Position numbers and translations under genes: made by a program
The notes under the pieces: model-generated
Told to the model about the DNA's origin: nothing
The model's input: the letters and a program-made list of their open reading frames with translations, nothing else
Database searches by the model: none
Source of the DNA: Methanothrix sp.
GTDB lineage: Archaea; Halobacteriota; Methanosarcinia; Methanotrichales; Methanotrichaceae
Reading direction: 5' to 3'
Length of the DNA stretch: 64,000 bases
Assembly (NCBI GenBank): GCA_963682135.1
Contig: OY821645.1
Span: 1,312,001-1,376,000 of the forward strand
Part shown: positions 56,560 to 64,000 of the stretch, one piece after another
How positions within the stretch are numbered: the stretch's first letter is position 1
Layout of the letters: the number at the start of each line of letters is the position of its first letter

Positions 56560-57537
56560 ATGAAATATCTTATACTTTTGGCGCTGGTTCTGATGATCTG
56601 CAGCTCTGGATCATTCGGCCAGACTAACAACACCACTTTCGATGAGTTAATGGCCTCAGCGTTGAGATCTCTGGTAGTCGATTCTTCTGCCAATCTCGAA
56701 TCCTACCGCTTTACCCTGGAGATGGAACAAAAAATCGATCTGGTTAACCTCTCCTCTGGCGATATTCAGAAGCTTTACACGCGCTCATTCGGCAGTGGCA
56801 TGGCCAACGTGACCGAAAGCGCTCTCAAGTTGTCCATGGCCTCCCTCTCCCACGCAAAAGGCGATGAAGACAACACCAGCGCCATTGCGATGGAAGAGTA
56901 TCTTATCAACGACACCCTCTACCTCAAGGTAGATGGAAACTGGACGGTCATGAAGATGCCCGGCGTGGCTGATGCCTGGTCGGCGCAGAACACAATGACT
57001 CAGCAGCTGGAAATGTTCAATAAGTCTCGCCTCTCTCTGATAGGTTCGGAGAAGGTGGATGGAGTGGACTGCTACAAGGTTCGAGCGGAGACGGATATGG
57101 GCTCGATGGCCGACCAACTCTCTGCAGAAGTGACATCTCTTGTGCCTATGCAGAGCATGAACTACAGCGAACTCTTCCGCAATATGGCCCTGGACGTTCA
57201 CTATTGGATCACCAAAGATACTCACCTTCTCAAGAAGACGGATGTAACGGAGGTCTTCGTGGTGACACCTCAGTCTCTAGGCCTAACAGCCAACGAATCT
57301 GATACCCAGGAGATGCGAATCGAATCTGTTGTCTCCATTCTCTTCGAGGGCTTCAATGAAAGCGTGAACGTCAAGCTTCCGGCTGAGGCAATGCAGGCCC
57401 AGCCCTTCCCCATGGGTCTGATGGCCTCAGAAGCTGCACCTTCCGTCCCGGAAGGCAATGAGACGACGCTAAATGAAACGCTGCATAATGATACAATAGC
57501 AGAAAGAAATACTGCTCAGGCCGCCGTGGCGGCTTGA
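56560..57537 (+). CDS. hypothetical secreted protein (LppX/LolA-like beta-rich fold suggested)
   Basis: Signal peptide; YLINDTLYLKVDGNW, EKVDGVDCYKV and YWITKDTHLLKK pattern. Confidence 0.65.
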   Translation: MKYLILLALVLMICSSGSFGQTNNTTFDELMASALRSLVVDSSANLESYRFTLEMEQKIDLVNLSSGDIQKLYTRSFGSGMANVTESALKLSMASLSHAKGDEDNTSAIAMEEYLINDTLYLKVDGNWTVMKMPGVADAWSAQNTMTQQLEMFNKSRLSLIGSEKVDGVDCYKVRAETDMGSMADQLSAEVTSLVPMQSMNYSELFRNMALDVHYWITKDTHLLKKTDVTEVFVVTPQSLGLTANESDTQEMRIESVVSILFEGFNESVNVKLPAEAMQAQPFPMGLMASEAAPSVPEGNETTLNETLHNDTIAERNTAQAAVAA

Positions 57538-57564
57538 GGTCACTTTTTTCCCAACATGAGAAGG

Positions 57565-57915
57565 TCAAACCATTCTCTTTCGCCTGGCTATAAGGAGCAT
57601 GCTAATTGCCAGAAAGGCAGGCAGCACACCCATGCCGGGTGATTGCTGTGCAGTCCCGTTTTCGGTCTCGTTTTCGAAAAGATCATCATCGAGATGAGTC
57701 TTCTTCTTGGTGTTCTTAGCAGCCATGCCCAGGCTTGAGATTCCTATCATCTTGGCAGCTCCATCGGTGAAGGAACTTGTTGCCTTTGATGAGACGCTCT
57801 TGCTGTGAAAACCGCTCGATTTCCCTCCGCTTCTTCCGCTCGACTTGGCATCTATGGCCGCTACGCTCACCAGAAACAGCACGATCAGCAATACAATGAT
57901 TATCTTCGGCTTCAT
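57565..57915 (-). CDS. small secreted protein with PGF-CTERM-like C-terminal sorting signal
   Basis: Signal peptide; C-terminal QQSPGMG, a hydrophobic helix and RRKR. Confidence 0.65.
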   Translation of the reverse strand: MKPKIIIVLLIVLFLVSVAAIDAKSSGRSGGKSSGFHSKSVSSKATSSFTDGAAKMIGISSLGMAAKNTKKKTHLDDDLFENETENGTAQQSPGMGVLPAFLAISMLLIARRKRMV

Positions 57916-57967
57916 CTCATTTCTCTCCACTGCATCTATCGCCTTTTCATTTAACATTTTATAATAA

Positions 57968-58546
<579 letters not shown>

Positions 58547-58675
58547 TTATTAAGGGGTGATTGGTTTGCTGGTGGCTTGTGGCCTGGGGCGGCTTTTTGT
58601 TACAATCTCCCTTCCTTTGCCTTTTGCCGCCTCGGGCCATCTCCTCCTTTCCATCCAATGGCAATTCTTTGCAGA

Positions 58676-60313
58676 TTAATTTGTCGGACGCGGCCCGCAA
58701 ATCTCCCGGATATTTTCCGCCTGCGTGATCACCTCCGCAAAGTTGGTTGCCGCTCTTCCCCAAGCAGCCGACTTTGCAGAACTATTTTCCTCCAGCAGAG
58801 CCCGGTCGAGCCACCAGACCGCTTCCCAATAATTGTTTTCCGCCTCCGCCCATAAATTAGCTCCTTTTTGCGGCGGCTCTTTTCCCATCATCTGAACCGT
58901 CTTCCACATGGCAGCTGATGCATCATCTTTGAGGTCAAATACCAGGTCTTCCGGTCGCGATCCTATGGTAAAGTTGATATAAGTCCCAGTCTGGCCGCCG
59001 GTCAATGTGCCCCAGTATGGCATATCGGGATTTCCGGTGCAGATGGAGACTTTATGATCAGCGGGAACGGCTATAGCCGAATAGAGTGTGGCAACATCAG
59101 GGCGGAAGCGGCTGATGGTGTTGGTGCTCCAGGGATCGTCAAGATGCCATTTCTTCCCGTCCCACCAATCAGTTAAGGAGAATGTCTCAACGGCCGCCGA
59201 ATAGTTGAATTCCCCCTGCCGATCGGTGATCATCTTCTCAGCCGTCAGGTATCGATAGTAGCTGGAAGGGTAATACTTGAGTGGATCCCATATCGGTTGA
59301 GAAGGCTTCATGACCGGACTCATGTAATGGTTGGTCACAACCAGATAGTCCGACTCGTTGTTGTCTCCAGCTCGCCGGATGGCGTACCTGGACCGGGTAG
59401 CCTCCAGGACAGTGGCATTGCCCCCGGCATCCAGAAGCATGTGATTAAGGCCGAACATGCGAGTGGAGTTGATGAGGAAATTTTCCGCTTCAGGGACATT
59501 GCCGCAGGTCATGGCCACATAGGGCAGCTCCAAAAAGCCAGTAATGCCGGGGCCGTTGTCGCCGGGACCCTTCTGGGGCGCTGCAGCCAGGATGTAAATC
59601 AATCCCTTATCATTGAAGGCAGAGTTGCTGGCCGTGCGCCCCGCACCGCTGGGAATGATACAGGCATTCCCCGAGTCTGGGTAGAGAGCAAGGATGATTG
59701 AATAGGAATTAGATGGCAGATGATAGTAATCGAAATTTGTCCCTGCGATCATACCTTTGCCGGTGGCGTTGCCGAAAGCGGCTATGATTGTGCAGTGATC
59801 TGGAGGCTCCGGCCCCTTGCTGCCGCCCCAGTAGAGCATCACTACTGGATCATCCTGGCCGAAAGAATAGCCCTGATCGATCATGCCGTCCGACAACCCC
59901 AGGAAAAATGAGAAAAAATCAAATTGAGGGAGCTCTCTTGCAATATATTGCCGGTATTCCAGGCAGCGGTGCAAGATCTCCTGCGATGAGTTCTTGGCGA
60001 GAGCACTGGCCCAGGCGGCGTCCCGCACGATGGCAATATACTCGCCTGCCTGAAGGGCATACTGATACCCCATCTCGTAGGGATCGCCTTGCAGCACGAC
60101 GATGGGCATCATGCCCGGTGGAGGGTGATAAGATTGGGATGATATGCCCACTAACGGACCAGAATTATTTAATTGGTCACGAGATAGACTGGCAGGATTT
60201 ATCTTTTCCGCATCTTCGGCGATTGCCAGTTGTGCCGAAGAGCAGTAAGCCAAGATACAGAGCAGTACAAGAGCTAATTGAAGGAAAGAGTCTCGGAACT
60301 TTTTTTGGAACAT
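58676..60313 (-). CDS. secreted C45-family (Ntn-hydrolase, autoproteolytic) peptidase/acyltransferase
   Basis: Signal peptide; G.PYEMGYQY, H-CTIIAA (nucleophilic Cys), NFDY, FNDKGL and TNHY. Confidence 0.72.
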   Translation of the reverse strand: MFQKKFRDSFLQLALVLLCILAYCSSAQLAIAEDAEKINPASLSRDQLNNSGPLVGISSQSYHPPPGMMPIVVLQGDPYEMGYQYALQAGEYIAIVRDAAWASALAKNSSQEILHRCLEYRQYIARELPQFDFFSFFLGLSDGMIDQGYSFGQDDPVVMLYWGGSKGPEPPDHCTIIAAFGNATGKGMIAGTNFDYYHLPSNSYSIILALYPDSGNACIIPSGAGRTASNSAFNDKGLIYILAAAPQKGPGDNGPGITGFLELPYVAMTCGNVPEAENFLINSTRMFGLNHMLLDAGGNATVLEATRSRYAIRRAGDNNESDYLVVTNHYMSPVMKPSQPIWDPLKYYPSSYYRYLTAEKMITDRQGEFNYSAAVETFSLTDWWDGKKWHLDDPWSTNTISRFRPDVATLYSAIAVPADHKVSICTGNPDMPYWGTLTGGQTGTYINFTIGSRPEDLVFDLKDDASAAMWKTVQMMGKEPPQKGANLWAEAENNYWEAVWWLDRALLEENSSAKSAAWGRAATNFAEVITQAENIREICGPRPTN

Positions 60314-60385
60314 GATGAATGATAATGTACCTATTCGATAAAATTCTTTTGAGTTAGTGCAGCTACCAACATCGCATTTCACAGA

Positions 60386-62179
60386 TTACCCGCAGTACTT
60401 GCACCCCGGCACCGTCTCCCCATTACCCAGGTAGAGTACCTGGCTCTTGCTGCCGTAGCGAAAAACGGTGACGCCCTTGCAACCTGAATCGTAAGCCAGA
60501 TGGTACACTCTTAAAACATCGTCCACCGTGGCGCCTTGGGCTAGGTTTACCGTCTTGGATACGGCATTATCCGTGTACTTCTGAAAAGCCGCCTGGACGC
60601 GGACATGCTGATCGGGCGGGATATCCAAAGCGGTCACGAACAGATCCTGCATATCCTGCGACACCCCTGCCAGGCCCTGCACCGAGCCGCTCCTGGCTAG
60701 CTCCGCCTTCATCTCCGCAGTGTAAATGCCGCGTGCCTCTGCCGCCTGCTCAAATAGGGGTGAGACCTCCAGAAGGCGCGAGCCCTCCAGCACCCGGCGC
60801 ACAAAGGCCAGCGCAAAGAGCGGCTCAATGCCGCTGGAGGTTCCTGCGATGATGCTGATGGTGCCCGTGGGCGCAATAGTGGTCACAGTGGCGTTTCTCA
60901 TGGCGCTCCAGCTCTGCAGTTTAGACTCCTCAAAGAGCGGAAAAGAACCGCGCTCCTCGCCCAGACGCTCTGATGCCTCGCGCGCCGCCTGGGAGATAAA
61001 TTTCATGATCTCTTCCGCGAGAAGCAGGGCCTGCGGGGAGTTGTAGGAGATATTCATCATAATCAGCATCTCGGCAAAGCCCATCACCCCCAGTCCGATC
61101 TTTCGCGACTGCATTGTCGCCATTTCAATCTGCCACAGAGGATAGCAATTGACGTCAATTACATCGTCCAAGAAGCGAACGGCAAGCCGGACCAGCTCCG
61201 CCAGTCGCTCCCAGTTCAATTCCCCTTTCCATACCAGCTTAGCGAGGTTGATGGACCCCAGGTTGCAGGACTCGTTAGGAAGCAGGGGCTGCTCGCCGCA
61301 GGGATTGGTGCTTTCAATTATACCGGGCAGAGGATGGGCAGCATTGATCCTGTCTATGAAGATAATACCCGGATCGCCTCCTGCCCAGGCGCATTTTGCG
61401 ATGCGGGCCATTGTCTCTGCGGCATTGAGATGGCCTGCTGCCTGACCGCTGCGCGGATTGATCAACTCGATATCGCCGCCCTTCTGCGCCGCATGCATGA
61501 ACTCATCACTCGCGGCTACAGAGATGTTGAAGTTCTCCAGAAATCCCGGCTTCTCCTTGGCCGAGATGAACTCTAAGATATCAGGATGATCAACGCGAAG
61601 GGTGGCCATGTTCGCGCCTCGGCGACGCCCGCCCTGCTTGATCACATCCGTTGCCACATCGAAGATACGCATGAAGGATACCGGGCCGGAGGCCACACCG
61701 CCGGTAGCCCGTACCACATCATTCCTGGGGCGCAGCCGTGAGAAGGAAAAACCCGTGCCACCCCCGCTCTGGTGAATGAGGGCCATGCTCTTCAGGGCAT
61801 CAAATATGCCGGGTAGTGAGTCCTCCACAGGCAGAACGAAACAAGCAGAGAGCTGCCCCCGCGGCAGACCAGCGTTCATGATTGTAGGGGAGTTGGGCAG
61901 AAATTCCAGACTGCGCATCATCTTTAAAAATTCGCAGCGGCAAATTTTTGCATCGCCACCATACCTGCTTTCCGCTCTGGAGACGTGAGACACCACGCGC
62001 TGGAACATCTCCTGCGGCGTCTCCGCGACAGCCCCGCGTTCGTCGCGACGCAGATATCTTTTATTTAGAACTGCTCTGGCATTGCTGGATAGGAAAAGGT
62101 CACCGGCAATGGTTGCGGCAATATTCTCTTGGCTAAGTTTTTCGGTCTTGCCATCGCTCTTTCTGATGCTCTTGATCAT
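60386..62179 (-). CDS. nrdJ: adenosylcobalamin-dependent (class II) ribonucleotide reductase
   Basis: FLPNSPT, LSACFV, RRGANM, STNPCGEQPL..ESCNLGSINL, TIAPTGT and AVSKTVN; C-terminal CKYC; no beta-subunit gene nearby. Confidence 0.92.
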   Translation of the reverse strand: MIKSIRKSDGKTEKLSQENIAATIAGDLFLSSNARAVLNKRYLRRDERGAVAETPQEMFQRVVSHVSRAESRYGGDAKICRCEFLKMMRSLEFLPNSPTIMNAGLPRGQLSACFVLPVEDSLPGIFDALKSMALIHQSGGGTGFSFSRLRPRNDVVRATGGVASGPVSFMRIFDVATDVIKQGGRRRGANMATLRVDHPDILEFISAKEKPGFLENFNISVAASDEFMHAAQKGGDIELINPRSGQAAGHLNAAETMARIAKCAWAGGDPGIIFIDRINAAHPLPGIIESTNPCGEQPLLPNESCNLGSINLAKLVWKGELNWERLAELVRLAVRFLDDVIDVNCYPLWQIEMATMQSRKIGLGVMGFAEMLIMMNISYNSPQALLLAEEIMKFISQAAREASERLGEERGSFPLFEESKLQSWSAMRNATVTTIAPTGTISIIAGTSSGIEPLFALAFVRRVLEGSRLLEVSPLFEQAAEARGIYTAEMKAELARSGSVQGLAGVSQDMQDLFVTALDIPPDQHVRVQAAFQKYTDNAVSKTVNLAQGATVDDVLRVYHLAYDSGCKGVTVFRYGSKSQVLYLGNGETVPGCKYCG

Positions 62180-62265
62180 TGCAGTGCCTCGCTACTGTTA
62201 TCATGCAGAATCGATATAAACATACATGTTCGTAATAGACTGATCATTCTCACGAGGTTCATAAG

Positions 62266-63042
62266 ATGAAAATCGCAATCTCAGGAAAAGGCGGCGTGGG
62301 CAAGACCACCCTGGCTGGCACCCTGGCCAGACTATTTGCCCGCGACGGCTACAATGTTCTGGCCATAGATGCCGATCCCAGCATGAACCTGGGCTCAGCT
62401 CTGGGAATTCCCACTCTGCCAAAGCCCGTCACCGATCACAAAGACCTGGTCCAGGAGCGGGCGGGCATGCCCGGCGGCATGTTCAAGATGAATCCCAAGG
62501 TCGACGACGTGGTGGCCATGTGCGGCTGCACAGGTCCCGATAATGTCAAGCTGGTGGTCATGGGCACCATCGATTCCGGGGGCTCGGGCTGCATGTGTCC
62601 CGCCAATGCGTTTGTGAAAGCGCTCATCAGACATGTCATCGTCCGAGAAAAGGATCTGGTAATCCTGGATATGGAAGCGGGAATCGAGCACCTGGGCAGG
62701 GCTACGGCTCGCGGGGTCGACGCCATGATCGCTGTGGTAGAGCCGGGCATGAGATCCATTGAGACCGTGGAGAGGATCATGCAACTGGGCAAGGAGATCG
62801 GTATCACTCGGTATTTTGCCGTCATAAATAAAGCAGACAACCCCGGTCCCGTAGCCGAGAAGCTGGCTCAAATGGGCATACCGGTCCTGGGAACCATTCC
62901 CTTTGACAAATGCCTGGTGGAAGCGGACCTTGCCGGCAAGCCGCCCATCGATGTAGACTGTCCGGCTGTGGAGTCCATAAGAAAGATAAAGAGCAAATTA
63001 GAAGAGATGTTCGGCGAAAAAGAAATAGATAAGCAGGCCTAA
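62266..63042 (+). CDS. cooC: CooC/AcsF-type nickel-insertion ATPase (CO dehydrogenase maturation)
   Basis: SGKGGVGKTT, IDADP, GCMC (CxC) and DMEAGIEHLGR. Confidence 0.9.
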   Translation: MKIAISGKGGVGKTTLAGTLARLFARDGYNVLAIDADPSMNLGSALGIPTLPKPVTDHKDLVQERAGMPGGMFKMNPKVDDVVAMCGCTGPDNVKLVVMGTIDSGGSGCMCPANAFVKALIRHVIVREKDLVILDMEAGIEHLGRATARGVDAMIAVVEPGMRSIETVERIMQLGKEIGITRYFAVINKADNPGPVAEKLAQMGIPVLGTIPFDKCLVEADLAGKPPIDVDCPAVESIRKIKSKLEEMFGEKEIDKQA

Positions 63043-64000
63043 AACGTTAAGCTGCCTGCTTTTATTCCCTCTTTTACAATCGATCCGATTACTTTTGAGC
63101 CCGGTCCCATAATGCTACAGGCCTTTGCAGCCTCATCTTCGGCTACTACCACCACGAAGCCCATGCCCATGTTAAAGGTGCGATACATCTCGCCTTCATC
63201 CACATTTCCCTGCTCTTGCAGGAAGCGGAAGATCGGCTGTGGCTCCAGTGGATCGGCGATCTCAAAGCCCAATTGCGAGATGCGCCGCAGCTTGAGAAGG
63301 CCCGAACCGGTGATATGGGCGAGACCATGCACATCGCATTCTGCCACCAGTTTAACGATCTCAGGGTAGATCCGGGTAGGTGTGAGCAGCTCCTCTCCAA
63401 TGGTATTCTTCCCGCCTGGCATCCGGTCGAAATAGGTGTACTTGGACTCAGCGATGATGCGCCGGGCCAGAGTATAGCCGTTGCTGTGCAGGCCGCTGCC
63501 GGGCACACCCACCAGCACGTCGCCCTTCTGAATCTTCTCGCCGGTCACCACCTTGTCTTTATCAACAATTCCAATGGCGGTTCCGGCCAGGTCAAAGCCC
63601 TTAATGATCTCCGGCAAGGATGCAGTCTCCCCTCCCACTATGGTCATATTGGAGATCTCCGCCCCGCGGGCGAGGCCTATCGCAATCTGCGCCGCTCTCT
63701 CTGGGTCCACCTTCTCTACCGCCAGATAGTCCACAAAGGCGATGGGCTCGGCCCCTATGGCATAAAGATCGTTGACATTCATGGCGATGCAGTCGATGCC
63801 GATCGTATCCCACTTGGAAATCGCATTGGCAATAAGAACCTTGGAGCCCACGCCATCGGTGGTCATGGCCAAAGCGAAGCCGCCCATATCCAGAAGCCCG
63901 GCATAGTGACCGATCTCTGTCATGGGGGCTCCGAAACCCTGCCGTTTAGTCGTCAGCACGGCCTTCATGGCGTCAATAGATCTATTCTCCTGATGAATAT
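63039..64000 (-). CDS. purM: phosphoribosylformylglycinamidine cyclo-ligase (start probably lies beyond the window end)
   Basis: TDGVGSK, GIDCIAMNVND, GGETA, GLHSNGY, HITG and TFNMGMG; the frame is open to the window edge. Confidence 0.94.
   Translation of the reverse strand, partial: IHQENRSIDAMKAVLTTKRQGFGAPMTEIGHYAGLLDMGGFALAMTTDGVGSKVLIANAISKWDTIGIDCIAMNVNDLYAIGAEPIAFVDYLAVEKVDPERAAQIAIGLARGAEISNMTIVGGETASLPEIIKGFDLAGTAIGIVDKDKVVTGEKIQKGDVLVGVPGSGLHSNGYTLARRIIAESKYTYFDRMPGGKNTIGEELLTPTRIYPEIVKLVAECDVHGLAHITGSGLLKLRRISQLGFEIADPLEPQPIFRFLQEQGNVDEGEMYRTFNMGMGFVVVVAEDEAAKACSIMGPGSKVIGSIVKEGIKAGSLTF

Overview
This is an archaeal chromosomal segment, most consistent with a methanogen of the Methanothrix (Methanosaeta)/Methanosarcinales type. 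The assignment rests on a Fae-Hps fusion, an MfnD-like ATP-grasp protein, an AksA-like synthase, archaeal RibC, archaeal PolB and TrpRS, and SufC-SufB-only (Sms-type) Fe-S genes. Most of the window is housekeeping and cofactor metabolism: rfbB/rfbA, cobQ, a riboflavin-pathway reductase, lysA, trpS, moaC, nnr, polB, iorAB with an aryl-CoA ligase, class II RNR, cooC and purM. Accessory patches are interspersed: (i) an AT-rich insert at about 5.9-7.7 kb whose secreted-protein gene is bracketed by two hairpins resembling IS200/IS605 ends; (ii) a nuclease/HicBA/phosphatase-like block between two copies of a ~100-bp inverted-repeat element; (iii) a second HicBA pair; (iv) two very long exported pentapeptide-repeat proteins flanking an orphan BMP-family binding protein, one fused to a sensor-type binding domain; (v) an M6 metalloprotease preceded by a stand-alone, diverged copy of its own N-terminal region; (vi) an orphan multi-PAS hybrid kinase. 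A diphthine--ammonia ligase (Dph6) family domain is fused to an intact glutamine amidotransferase domain. I recognised no rRNA, tRNA, CRISPR array, transposase or integrase. All calls come from reading motifs by eye; no searches were run.
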